Of a stretch of 64,000 nt of DNA, positions 26,902 through 40,796 are shown in pieces. Made by a program: the position numbers and the translations under genes. This DNA is from Marsupella aquatica (lineage: Eukaryota; Plantae; Marchantiophyta): NCBI GenBank assembly GCA_973895155.1, contig OZ316894.1, positions 9,262,234-9,326,233 on the forward strand. The letters run 5' to 3'. The first letter of the stretch is position 1, and each line of letters opens with the position of its first letter. The notes beneath the pieces are model-generated. The model saw nothing but the letters and a program-made list of their open reading frames with translations. It ran no database searches and had not been told where the DNA came from.

Positions 26902-29900
26902 TCAAGAAGATTCTTCATACAAGCCTCGTGAACTTGGCTCACTTGGGCCCTTTTTGGCTGCAGACATCTGCCTAATGGTCGACTCATCCACAACTTTGCT
27001 CCAAGTATTTGATATCTTTTCTGAATAACCAATCTGAAACAGTCAACAAAACAATCACCATAAGATTCCGTTCCCAGCATCAGTATTTACCATGAGCTTC
27101 ATCTAAGCTACAGCACCTCACTACATCAATTCTTACGTTACACGCCTGCAAGGCATTATTCCACAGGCTACCTTACTCTTACAATATTCTACAGTAGAAG
27201 AGAGTAAATGCCGCAGATCAGTGTCCCGAATAAGCTAGTGAGAGTGGGTTTACCTGAGTGATCACAACCCCCTTTACCATGTTGATGAAGTCCCTTCGCC
27301 TTTCTTTGTCAAACCGTTCAAGTTCTGATCGATTTCGCTCCTAAATGACAAATTTGAGTTTGGTTGTACACCCTTGAATATGTCAATATCTTCCCAGATC
27401 AAGCTCAAAGCTCGCTTTACATTGGCATAATCAAGACTTGACACACGGTCGAATGCACAAGATTGGTGTTCGAACTTATAATAACAAGCATCACCCATAA
27501 ATGGAAGAGCAGGTGGTTTACCTTGATATTTTCATACTCTTGTTGGGCACAATCGCGAGCTTCTTCATCGAGTTTTGCCAGCTCTTTCAGCTCATCTATT
27601 TTCCGATTCCTACTTTTGTCAACACCAAAAAATTTACTAGCGGCCACATTGAGTTTTTCAATACGAGTATTGGTAGCTTGCAGATCCGTCATCAATGTCT
27701 GCACGGTTAGCAAGGCGTTGGCGCGATCGGTGTGTGCAGCATGAATAGCCTGCATGAGCCCAAGATATTCATGCAATTGATCCTGACCAGGAAAGGGAAA
27801 CGCTCCAGTTAGCCACCGGATATTGAATATACAATTGAGTACGATCGACCTTAAGGTCTGTCCATAGCTTCATTCCAGCTGAAAGCCATGGTTGTTGGCT
27901 TTCTAAAAATTAAACCATGCCCAAGGAAAACAGTCCTGACCAACATCGACTTTCTTCTGGTCTGCCAGGTCCTAATAGAAGGGTTCTTGTTGATACACCA
28001 TTGCAATTCTTCTAAATCAACCGTGTCTCGAGAAAACAATTCTGAACAATATCATCCTTGACATTAGAACCATGTACTCATAACTCCTGAACATAGCAAA
28101 GAAGTAACTCCTATAAACTTTTACACGGTCAGTTTCACTTGTACACATATCAGGTGAAGAGGCAAAAATAGTGCTGCCGGCATTCCACAAGCCCAGAATT
28201 GGAATGCAACTATTAAAGCACTAAGGCCAGATCAGATACGCTGTAGAGCCTGTCCTAAGAAGATTGGACTCATTTCGCAAAGCATCGAAGTTAAGGGAAC
28301 ATACCAGATGCTTCATAGATTGTGCATTGGCTTCCCGATAGCAGCGGCTAGCTTTGACAGCTGCTGTCCCAATACGCTTGGCATCGTTACTATGCACTCT
28401 TTGGGCATTGGTAACAGCCTCTTCCGTCTCAAACTTCGCAATTTTTATAAAAGCGAGACCAAGCTCCCCCATAACCTCGCCTGCTTCTTGTTGAGCCTTG
28501 ACCAGAACCTCAGCCTACAGAACAACATTACCACATAAGACAAGAGAGCCAGGCTTGGTGTTTGACAATATACAGTCTATCTCCTCAGATAATCAGTTTT
28601 GCAAAGCGACATTTGACACAGCCAACTCTGAATGGAGAAGTAAAGCAGTAGTTTTCGGTGATAACCTATTTGTTAACAAAAGATTCGTTAACCAAAAAGG
28701 TCTTTCGACAGTTCGCGCATAACGGATCTGCATGAAGCCAATCTCTAGTCTTGTTTGCTTGAACACTACAGGACCTGCTTTTGACATTGTAGAAACCACC
28801 ATGACAATTGTCTCATAGTTTTCAGTGAACCTAGCTTCAGAGTTTTGTTTTGAGAATTTCCGAGGCCTCTATGTCATGTGCATCTCGTGGAAACTTCCGT
28901 CGGGAATAGGCCATGGCATCTTGTCGTATACTCTTCCCAGGAATTTTTGACGTTTATCAACGCGGAAACTACAGTAGCTTTGTTGAGCAATAGTGGGCTT
29001 CAGTCAGAGCATCACCAGAAGCTGAGATTTTGAGGTATGCTTTTCAGTCCTAGCCAAGTATCAGAATGGAAGCTGTCCAGATTAGAAGAATACGGTACTC
29101 TAAGATCCTCGTGCCGTTAGGCACTATGAGAATGGGACCAAAGCCTAGACGCTACAAGTTTGGCCAGACAGCCCATCTAAAAAGGGGACCCAAGGGGTTT
29201 GGAGATTAAGGTGATCACTTGGAACGGCGGGGTCCTTCATTAGCTCGAGTTCAAAGACTACATCTATAGCACGACAACTATTGACACTCACCTAACTCAC
29301 TGAATGCAGTTCTGGTTCATCACCACAAAAGCTTTGGCAAAAGCAAGCTAAGGGAAAAAGGTCCCCGAGTGAGATCGTGACGCATTGATTGGTCAATTGT
29401 TTGTCAGCTTTCTTCATTCGAAATGATCGCTGGATTTAGAGTTTTAGGGTTCACGCTTGGAAACTCAGTCCTAGCACTATCTACAATTCATCTCCCAACT
29501 GCATGCACGCTTAAAATCTTACCCTTGTGTCACTACGGTACTAGTCTGCTGGATAGTAGCTTCGGTACAAGAATAGTCCTAGAACAGAGCTAGAGGAAAA
29601 CCTTGAATATGCGACACAGGTGTCCAGTAGATTGCGTAGAAACGAATTGCATGACGAATTTAAGCGAAGGTTGCACAGTGAAAGAAAAGGGGAAGGATAG
29701 GGCTGGGAAAATAACCTGCTGAGACGCATCACTGAGCTGCTTCTCAAGCTCCTGAAGTTTCTCCTTTTTCTCTAGAAATTCCTTATCTTCTTCAACAACG
29801 GCTGGCTTGGTTCCTCCCCAATCATTTGTCACAGACTGCTTCAGCTCTTTAAATAGACGTACGAGGTCACGGCCCCCCTTCGCTGGCTGGGCAGCTTCTT

Positions 29901-30804
29901 GCGGCAGGACAGTGCTGGTCTCGCCGAAAAGCTGGCGAGGCAGATTCACTGCCCCATCCAACATCCGGGACGCAATATCCGTCGTGGGCATTAGCGGCAA
30001 CTTACCTTGGAACTGAAGGAAAAGCCGCAATTCGTTACTCCTCCTCAACACCGGGTGGGCAGCTAATCTGAACAAATACTTCTCAAGCGCTACCCTCCGT
30101 TGCTCGATGAACTCCGCCTTTTGCATGACCTGGCTCTCCACAATACTCTTATCAGGCCGCGGAGGAATGAAGAATCCCCGGTAGGCCTCGGCTAGCCTAT
30201 CGGCGAGGGTGACCACATCACGGAAGCGCCTCCGAACAGTGAAGTCAGTTCCTCTATACTCAGGAATATTTGTTTTGGTGGTGATCAAGTAGGTCACATA
30301 ATTGCTTCCACCTGGCACGATCGAGCTTCCCGCATCCAATGTTTTTTGTGGCTGCGTAACAGTAATGACCAGAGTGTCTGTGTAGACAGGGAACGAGTGA
30401 AGAAGCGAGGAGGACGAATCACCAACTTCTCTACTGTTACCGTTGCCGGATGATCCTTCTCCCATATAGGGAGTGAAGATTGCATCTGCGTAGGACGGAG
30501 GCTCGACCAGATCTGCCTCTCGGAAACTGCTACCTTTCCTAGACGAGGAGGTGGTGTCTTCAAAACCTTTCCTATACGAATCCTTGAAGCCGCTCTTCTG
30601 AGACAAGCCGTCGTGCTTGTTGTTGGAGGAGGCGGCCAGCGGATGGGACTCCTCCAGACCAGCACCACTTCCGGACATGGCACTACGGTAGTCACTGTTG
30701 GACAAAAACGGATGTGGAGAGTGGTCAAGAACGAGGCTCTCCATGGCGTCTGTCGACGTGAACAAGCGCGCCTGCTGCGCCTCGTCGTCCTCAGAGCCCA
30801 TCAT
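26902..30804 (-). CDS. SNX2: Sorting nexin 2 (PX-BAR retromer component). Exons 30804-29716, 28514-28305, 27782-27522, 27340-27254, 27033-26902
   Basis: PX domain YVTYLITT...VRRRFRDVVTLADRL...FIPPRPDKS...FIEQRRVALEKYL. Vps5/BAR region with LHEYLGLM, ERNRSELERFD and GYSEKISNTW. Introns are phase-0 GT-AG. Confidence 0.95.
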
Positions 30805-33800
30805 TGCCTCGATTGCTCTAAGATCCTAAATGCCTCAGCCTCCTCCCCGTCCCTTCCTCTTCGTCAGCACACCAGACCAAGCTCTTCCTCACGTCTTGTT
30901 CGTTGCTCGCTAGGCTCATCCAATCCTTCACTCTACTTTACCCCGTCTGTCCTCATCCAGATTCATCGTCTGGACATTATCATTCCTCCTCGATCAAACC
31001 TGTCTCTGCAAGTCCGTCATTCATGCATTCTCCCGATCCTGCCTTGCCCCGCCCTGCCCTGCCTGGTATCCATCCCCTACTCCATGGTGCCATCCATCCC
31101 GCCCTGCCTCTCATCATCGAGTCGACTACCAACTCATGCAAGCCGCCAGCCCGCCTGTCAACGAATCTGATTCTTTCCACCACCACTACGGCAGATGCAG
31201 GGATCTATCCTGCAAGCACAAAGCACAAAATCCTCAACGTGTGCACGTTCGTCACTGTCAGCTAAGTTTCAGAGTATACATTTTTACGGACGACAATTCT
31301 GCGCCTTAACAAAGAAGCGATGATCACAGAAGCCTCTTATTATGCGACGAACGTCTCTCACTTTCAGCTACGATGTCAGAGCAAGGTCGCAACAACGATA
31401 TCGACGACAATTCTGCGCCCTAACAAAGAGGCGATTCATGATCAGAGGATGAGCACACAACCAAAATGACTGATGTCAATCACGGTCGATAGTCGATACG
31501 GTACCTTGCCTGCCTCCGTGCTGCGCGTCGATCGCGTTTCATGTTTGCATCATACCAACGATCTCTTTCGGGAGTCCTAAATCTCGAAGAGCTGTCTGAA
31601 TGTCGAAGAAACGTAGGAGTCACAATTTTCTGTACAGTAGTTTGATTGCGAAGGCACACGAAGTTTGTGGCAACGAAACTAAGGTACTTTACTGTACTGT
31701 ACTGTGCTGTACTGTACTGCAGTGGTGACTGTGGTCAGGCACCGACTGTGGTGGGGTTAGTCAACTCTGTCTGTTCTAGGGAAGGGGTCTTCTATGGAGC
31801 AAAGGATGGGGTTTCATGAGTCCTTAGAACCAACTCGCATGTGATCGGCCCTCAGTTTTCTGGCGTAAAGGGTGTTGGTTTCATGAGTCCTTGTCTAGCC
31901 AACTTGCGTGTGAGCACCCCAATAGTTTTAGGCCCTCTAGCTGACTTGTGGGAGCATATAAGTGAGTGAGGGAAGGATCCCTGAACAGTATCCAGTGCCA
32001 GGCCTGACGGCAAAAAATTAGGACGGCAAAAAATTAGGAGTTCGAAGAGCAAGTTAGGGCCTGGATGTTTCCAGCCCTTGAGGTTACAGCCTCAAAATTC
32101 ATAATAAAACAAAAGCCCAAACATTGCAGGGGAGCTGTCAAACATGATCTGCATTAGTTTTGTGACTACTGCGCATGAGCTGGTAAACTAAGGACTGCTA
32201 CATCTGAGTTGGCTCTTAGGATTGAAGCCATCCCCTCCCTTGCCTGGGTGGAAACTAACCAGGTGGTAACTAAAGTGCTTTGGTCACAAGAATAGTGAAC
32301 AAATTAGTATCTATGTATTTTTTATTGAGTACCACCCAAAAGACCAACCACACTTGCCCTACCCTTAGGGCTGTCTTGCATGTGAGGGTCTTCAAATTAT
32401 ATACTCTTTTAAGTGATCAGGTGGCACTTTGTACTCATTGAGCCTTTCCTGCCTCACCCCCCTCACAAGCCAGTCCTCACCGCAGTACAAGTTTTTTTCC
32501 CTGACTTGTGTTCAGTAAAATTGTGTGAGAGTGGCTTTTCGGTAGTCCCATGTTGGGGGATTGTAAACTACACTTGCTTATGTTAGTTGGCTCTCATGAA
32601 TGCTTATGGCGATGTTATGTATATTCCTTCCCAGTTTTCCAACTACAACAAAACCACAACCAAACCATAACATTGTGTCAAAAGGACAACAACAAAAGCA
32701 TTTGCCCATTCATACATACCCTGTGTAATGAATAGATGACAGAATTAGATGTGATTGAGCGAGGCTGCAGTGTTTTATGACAAAATGACAATTTGATACA
32801 ATCAGCAAGGACTCATTCAGGCCCGATCAGTTGATGCATAGCAGCAGCTTGGTGGCAATGTGCGAGCAAAACTAGGAATTCTCAATCTGCTGGAGGATCA
32901 ATCCCAACAAAAAATGGCATCGTAAGGGTGCAGCGGCAGTGAGCAACCAAAAAGACGTTTGAGCAGACTTCTCTCATCTGTTCAACTTAACTGATGACCT
33001 GGCTCTCACAAATTCCAGCACAATCGGGACATGGGCTGTAGATCATGCATGTGAACGCACAAGAGCAACCACATTACCCTTCATTACAGTTTGTTCAAAG
33101 GAGCAAGTGAAAAGTGCACATCTCATCCGGGATTTTGGAGGGCAACATTTTGCACAGATCTACACATATGGAGAGACAATACTCTGTTGTGCCCTTGTAT
33201 AATCGTTAACCGTTAATGACAAGCGGTGACACGGAAGGCCATGTAAATTTCACACATACCATTCATAGAGATCCTCTGGACAAGCAGAGATCTTCTTTTT
33301 CCCAGCATGTTTGGGAATGATGAGGGCCGGTTTTTTTGAGACCACCACATGCAAGACAGCCCTTAACTCTTAGGGCTATCTTGCATGTGCAAGAGTCCTA
33401 AAAAAGCCGCCCTTACCAGCCCACAAATGTCAGGAAAAAGTGTAAGCCTGAATCTAACCTCAATCAAAGAACATAGACGTTTGATGCGCCCACTCAATTG
33501 AACATAAACGTGTGATGCATCCACTCAATTGAGTCTACTCCTTTGTCTTCTTATGATCAATGTTTTTTTGCTTTATTGAGATTTGAAGGTTTGGGACCTC
33601 AAGGCCCAGAAAATTTCCGACCCTTGCCCCTTGCATCTCAACCAAAGACGCCATCAGGACTGCCAAATTCTCACTTCATGAACTCATGCCACGGGTTTAT
33701 TTCATGGCCAGAAAGCAAAGAACCTTGCACATGCAAGACAACCCTTAACTACACAAAGTATGTGGTCTTTGGGAATATCACTTTGAAAAATAATAGTAAA

Positions 33801-34385
33801 AGGTCAAAAATGATAGTACAATAAAGAAAATGACCAAATTTTTATAAAGGGCCAAACAAAGTACAATGAATTAAAGAAACGAAAGAAGTCCATGGAGGAC
33901 AAACATGCCTTTGGGATAGGGTTTCCAGGTTGGGCCTCTTTTGTTGTTTGGCAATGTGACAAACACCAAGTCAAAAACATAAAACAAAACAATACCCAAA
34001 AACCTATAAACTAAGTAAATAAGCATCTACCAGTGGAATACTCTGATGATCTAATGGTACACATAGTGTTGAAGTGGGACATGGATGTACTCTTAGGGGG
34101 CAAGCTCTACTCAACCACACTAGTACCCATGGCTAGAGATCCATGATGGATTGTTTGGGCATGAGCATGCGTCACCAAATCCATTGACAAAAGTTAGTTG
34201 TCAAAACAAATAGTGATAGTCCTATGGAACCGTAATACGATAAGTGATAGTTTTAAGTGCAATCCGATAATAAGAGTATCTCCACGGGTTTGCAGGGGAG
34301 GGGCACAAACCCGCACAAGTAGAGGGGTTGAATGCAGGCCTGGATCATCCTTGCAACCCAAAAAAATGTGGTCCCACAAAGTGTC

Positions 34386-34728
34386 TGTTGAGCATAGACG
34401 ACACTTGTAACGGTAAGCACATGACACATCCAATGCGCAAGTAGTCGACACAAGAGATACATGGTTCACCTCCTCGAGGCTACGTCCACGAGAACACACA
34501 AGAGAGCTTTACTGAACTCTAAGCCCGTCGGCCATACCAAGTCTCCACAGTGTAAGCTCTCCTCATCTCTCAAGTGGCTCTATAACAATGAGCCTAAGTT
34601 CCACTTATCCAAGCAAACACGGCTTGGCATATAGTGTGCACCCTAGTTAACCTGACCACGTCTCCGACGACGGTTAGTCTAACTACAATTACATGTTGTA
34701 ACCCTAGACCTTGAGTAAATACCTAACA
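34386..34728 (-). repeat. 3' LTR of the Copia element
   Basis: Reverse complement of the 7512-7850 LTR, adjacent to the PPT. Confidence 0.92.
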
Positions 34729-37700
34729 ATCTCCCCCTTGACTCTGGTCTAGGGGAGGGTAATACTGCTAACCTATATGATTCCTCGACGGGAAGTTCTG
34801 GACGAAAACCAAAATGGTTTCCCCTCTCTAACTAGAGCATATCATAACTAAACCGTAGCCTATTACTAGGAGTGAAAAAGAGCTTATATCAATAATTATA
34901 GCGAATGTTAAGAAAAACCCTTACTTGTGATGCAATTACAAAACCTGTAGCACATCACAATGTCTAGAGAAACCTTCCAAAGGAATCACTTTGGTAAATG
35001 CGTTAGCTGGGTCGAGTTTATTGTCTATCTTGACTAGCTCAAACAAATTATCAAACACAACCTGTCTGATAAAATGGTATCAGACGTCTATGTGCTTCAC
35101 TCTATTGTCCATCACCTAGTTCACAACAAGGTGGAGCGCACTCTAACTATCACAATGGAGCTTCACATTCCCCTATGGCAATCTCATTTCAGTGATAAGT
35201 CTATCCAACCAAATTGCTTCCTTCGTTACTTCTGCTGCTGCAACATACTCTGCTTCTGTAGTAGACTAAGCAATACACTTTTGCAAAGTAGACCTCCAAC
35301 TTATGCATCCATCGCCAAGTGTGAACACGTACCCTGTTCTTGATCTTCTTTGGTCCAGATCTTGTTCATAGCCAGAATCTACATAGCCAATCAATGATCT
35401 AGAATTCTTTGCATTTGCATCAAATAAAAGACCATGATCCACGGTATCCTTCAAGTACCTAATAATCCACTTCACTGCTTTCCAATGTACCTTCCCTGGA
35501 TTCAACATGTACCTGCTCACCTTGCCCATAGCCATGGCAATTAAAGATCAGGTCTAGTGCAAGTCATCACATACATGAGACTTCCCACTGCCTTATCATA
35601 AGGAACCTTTGACATCAGCCCTTCTCTATCGCATCTGTGGGACAAAAAATTGATGATAATTTGAGGTGTACAACCAAAGGGGTACTTACTGGCTTACTAT
35701 CCCCCATGTTGAACCTAGCAATTACCTTCCTCGCATAACTGCTATGTGTCAACCATAGCTTACCAACCTCCAAGTCCCTAGTGATCTCCATACCCAAAAT
35801 CCTCTTAGCTGGCCCTAGGTCCTTCATCTTAAACTCTGCATTGAGCAGTGCCTTAAGCTTAACAATCTCAGACCTTTTCTTGGCCGCAATAAGCATGTCA
35901 TCCACGTAAAGTACTAAAATAATGAACCCAAAAGGCAACATTTTTCACCGGTTTCAATATACACAAGGGTCAAACACACTCTTATGAAAACCTTGTGACC
36001 GAATCCAATCGTCAAACCGCTTGTTCCATTGTCTTGGTGACTACTTCAACCCATACAAGGATTGCAGCAATCTGCAAACCAGTTCCTCTTGTCTTCTCTT
36101 CACAAAACCTAACGGCTGTCTCATGAAGATCACCTCTTCCAAGGTGCCATAGAGGAAAACTGTGACAACATTCATCTGATCTAGCAGCAGACCAAACATT
36201 ACAATAAGTACACACAATAGCCGTATTGTTGAGTACTTAACAATTGGTGAAAGGACCTCATTGTAATCCATATTTTTTTCTTGTGTGAATCCCTTGGCTA
36301 CCAACCTAGCCTTGTAGACCTTTGATCCACCTCCCATAGATTGATCCTTCAGCTTGTATATCCACTTGTTGTCCATCACTTGCTCACCCTTAGGCAGCTT
36401 AACAAGCTTCCAAGTTTTGTTGTCCTTCAGTGACTGCATCTTTGTATGCATTGCTGTAGTCCACTTCTACTTCTCCTTTGAAGCACTTGCCTCATCAAAT
36501 GAAGACGGTTCCCCTTCTTCCAAAATTAACGTATCACCCTCATCATCAGATGCAAATTCATCCTCTTGCAGTTGAGATGAATCAACCCACTATCCATACC
36601 TAGGAGGAGCGCGTATAGTGCAACCAAATGTTCTTCTAGCCAATAACTCCGATTGAATTGCATCTACTGGTACAATTTGAAGCTCAGTAGCATCCACTTG
36701 TTGCTCACCAGCATCAACAAACTACTCTTGTTCCTTTGGCACAAGAACCAGCTCCATACTTGGAGCACCTCTCTCTCCGATCATGCACTTCATGATCAAT
36801 CTCCCCCTCAACGAGATCTGGGATAGGAGATTTTCCTTTGTCAGTACGGGAGACCTGAGTATTCTCTCCCTCCTTCAATAATCTGGATTCATTGAAGGAA
36901 ACATCCCTACTAACAACGAGCTTACAGGCAATAGGATCCCATAGTCTGTAGGCCTTCACACCACTCTGATACCCAAGAAAAATATATTTCTTGGACGTAG
37001 GATCCAACTTGGTCCTATTCTGCTTTGGCGTGAGAGCATATGCATCACTTCCAAAAACTATCAAGCCATGATAGTCTGTTTGTCGTTTATAACGCATTTC
37101 AAATGGCGTTTTGAAATTGATTGCACTAGAAGGAGAAAAATTTACCAAATAAGCTGTAGTATTGACAGCTTCTGCCCAAAATTCCTGTGGTAAACCTGAT
37201 TGGCTCAGCATACTCCATGATCGCTCCAATAGTGTTTGATTGAGCCTCTCAATGACACCATTCTCCTGCGGAGTATAAACTATGGTGAGATGACGAGTTA
37301 TCCCCTGTTCAACATAGTACTCTTCAAATTCTATGGAAGTGTACTCCCCATCGTTGTCTGACCTCAGACTCTCCACCCTTGTATCCAAACACTTAACCGT
37401 GTTTCCCGTTTGATTCTCCACTTGGGCCTTCCACTTTGTAAAAATGGACAAGACATCAAACTTATGCATCATGAAATAAATCCATAAAAATCTTGAGTAA
37501 TCATCAATAAAAGATACATAGTACAATTTTCCAGAATGTGAGGGAGTCGAGGATGATCCCCACACGTCACTATGTATGTACTCAAAAACCGTTTTGGAAC
37601 GATGAGTTCCAACACCGAAAGCACGATGATGCTGCTTTCCAAAAATGCAATGCTCATAGAAATCCAATTTAAAAGATTGCAAATCAAAAATGAGCCCATT

Positions 37701-40219
37701 CTTTTGCAAGATAGCCAAACCCTTCTCACTCATGTGGGCTAGCCGTGGATGCCATAGTTAAGTCATTTCCTCGTGAGACTTGGTTACATTGGCCTCTCCA
37801 CATACTGTATTGCCCTACAGCACATATAATTTCTTCTATCTGCTCCTCTTCAAAATCACTGTCTCTCCCGACATGACTTGAAGTTCATCATCAATTACTC
37901 GCCATTGATGACCATTTGTATCCAACACACCAAGTGAAATCAAATTCTTATGCATGCCATGTACAAACCTGACTCCGAACACTGTGCGCACAATGCCATC
38001 AAACATTTAAATCTTTACAGACCCAATACCCTCAACTCGATAGAAGTGATAATTTCCCATCAAAACTGAACCGTTTGACACAGAATAAGAATTGAAATAC
38101 TCACAAATGTAACAAATGTGAAAGGAGCAAACACAATCAAGAATCCACACATCATTTTTTCTCCTAGATGAGGTGCACAGGGCATACATCTGGCTTCATA
38201 AAACATACTCATCATTGAGTAAATCACTTTCTCCATCAGCACTAGCCACATTGGCTGATGAAGATTCAACTACCTTACCCTTACAATCCCTCTTAACGTG
38301 ACCAACCTTGTGACACTTCTAACAGACTACTGGTTTTCTCTCCTGGGACTTCCCCCTTGAAGCAAATCTCATCCTAGATTTACTTCATTCCTTGCCATTC
38401 GTGCGTTGCTTGGGATGCCGTTGTGACCTCCCATGATTCACATTCAAGACAACACCAGATGACAACGTTGTCTAGGCTTGACCTAATTTTTTTTGTGCAT
38501 CATCTGACAACAAAGAGCTTACCATCTCATCGTATGAAATAGACTTTAGGTTTCTATACAAGAGAACATGCTTCAAACCTTGATAAGATGGGGGTAAGGA
38601 GCTAAGAAGAAACAAGGCTTTGTCCTCTTCTTCAATGCCCCACTAGAAGAAACCCACCCTTTTTGAGACCACAAAGAACATGACTCATCCGAGACCTTCA
38701 TGAAACAGTGACTCCAAGGTTGTTGGTGTCATGTTAGTCACACCTCCTTGACTGAGTTTTGGTGAAGTTTTGGGGAGTCATGTTTACAACTTTTAGGGAA
38801 GTTGCAACTATAACTCAATTAAGGCAATTAGGTTGAAATTATACAAGTGATTCTACATTAAAGTACAACTTATGAGAGCACAACATTTAAACCCTTCAAC
38901 CTTAAAGTATGGGATCTAACCCAATACATATGATTTTGGATACACCATATGTCATTCCACATTAATTTAATCATAGTTTGGTCATACCATTTTAAACCAT
39001 TATTGAGTATTCCATCATTATTCCTGCCCCCATTTAGACACAATGAAGCCCTAGCCCCATTCAACTACAAAAAGGCTAGCTTTCTCAAAGCTTGCTAACC
39101 TAACTTAATGCTTTTTGTAGTCAATCTCTACTTTTTCTATCGAGGTCTTCTGGTCGTGCCAAAGGAGTGCTTATCACCCAATTTCAGCCTCACATATGCA
39201 GGTTGGGTTTACTTATTGCCATGTCCCATAAACCTTCATGTACTTTCGGCCGGCCCCCTTCATATATGACAACCAATGCATGCTTCAGTTTCAATATAAG
39301 TCCAACTTAAATGTCCAACTTAAATATATATGAAAAGTACCCCAGCCCTAAAAATGGGTACTTTTCATAATGGTAATATGGGGTCATACCTGACTATTTG
39401 GCCACATTTTTCACCAAAGGGTGTGGCTCAAAGTTGTTCCTAACCACTCACCCCACATATAACTATTGCGTAAGTCCTTTGGTTATCATTAGGCAAATCA
39501 TAGACTTTCGTGTCTCTTTGTGAACTAATGTCTCCACTTCAATGGGAAGACAAGTGAATGGTCTTTGCGTTCGGCGTTTCTCTCTCGCACAAGGTTTTGG
39601 GAAGGTTTTTCCAAGGAGTCGGTTTGCCTCAAGGGTTTGCAAGCCAAACGGAGCTTTGCGTGCCATTGTCATTGAGCTGGTGGGAGGTCACCGAGGCTTT
39701 GGAAGAGGGAGGTCGAATGCCGTCTGTCTGACGGGAAATTCTGTCTTTGGGACTCGTGATGGTCGCGAGATGGATTGTCCGATTTGCGGTTGGAAGCAGA
39801 GACTTGCTCGGAACGTCGAGCGCTTGTGTACAAGGCAGATAGAGCTGCGTTTGTGTTTGTGCCGCGATGTAGTGTCTTTGAATTGGAAAAGCGGGATTGG
39901 CGTGGGGCATCCTTTCCTCGAATGCAGGTCTCCTTTGAGGAATCTTTGGCGTCGCAATGGCTTTGTCTTGTGCCATGAGCAGAGGGAGGAGTTTTGCTAT
40001 TAAGCTGTACTCAAGAATACAGAGTTTGACATTATTCAACTCCTGAACAAGCTGCTCGCGATCTTCCTGTGTCTTTTCCATTGCCTTTTTGTTGTCTTTT
40101 AGGAGGAATCTCCAGCTGCGGCTTCCATTCAAAAGGTTTAGTATTGTCCAACTGATACTCTGTATCAATGTCTTCATCTACAAACTCGCTCACATCCAGG
40201 GGTTCCTTATTCGACATGA

Positions 40220-40796
40220 TGAGCCCTACTTCCTAAAAGACACCTTCAATCTGCTCATGGATCAGATGAACGACATCGAGTCTTACAACGGGGGAGACCA
40301 GGGGTATCTGAACAAAATCTTTCCTTCATGGTACCGGATCCCCAAGCGCCTGAATTTCCTGAAGCATTTCTGGTTGAATGAGACAAAGGAACGAGACAAG
40401 AAGACCAATCTCTTCCAAGCTATGGACCCTCCATCGTTGCATGTCATCCACTACCTTGGCAGGAAACCATGGCTCTGCTACCGGGACTACGACTGTAACT
40501 GGGACTCCGGAGAATACCGGAAGTATGCGAGCGACTCTGCACACAGCCGCTGGTGGGAAGTGCATGACACTATGCCTGATAAGCTTCAAGACCAGTGTCT
40601 GCTACTGGCTAAGCAGAAAGCAAACATCGAGTACAATCGGAGGAGGGCTGAGGCGGCGGGCTTCGAGGATGAGCATTGGAATATCACCATCACCAATCCG
40701 CGGCAGAACATTTGCACTAAGAGCTTTTGCAATTGGCGCAGCATGCTTAAGCATTGGGGAGAACTGCGCGTATCTCGCAGGACACTGCAGTTCTAG
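40220..40796 (+). pseudogene. C-terminal fragment of a GT8 xylan glucuronyltransferase / glycogenin-like (GUX/PGSIP) gene inside the CACTA element
   Basis: TFNLLMDQMNDIESYNGGDQGYLN, RIPKRLNFLKHFW, HYLGRKPWLCYRDYDCNW, ASDSAHSRWWEVHDTMP, HWNITITNPR, CNWRSMLKHWGE. The N-terminal half with the DxD motif is absent. Confidence 0.85.
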
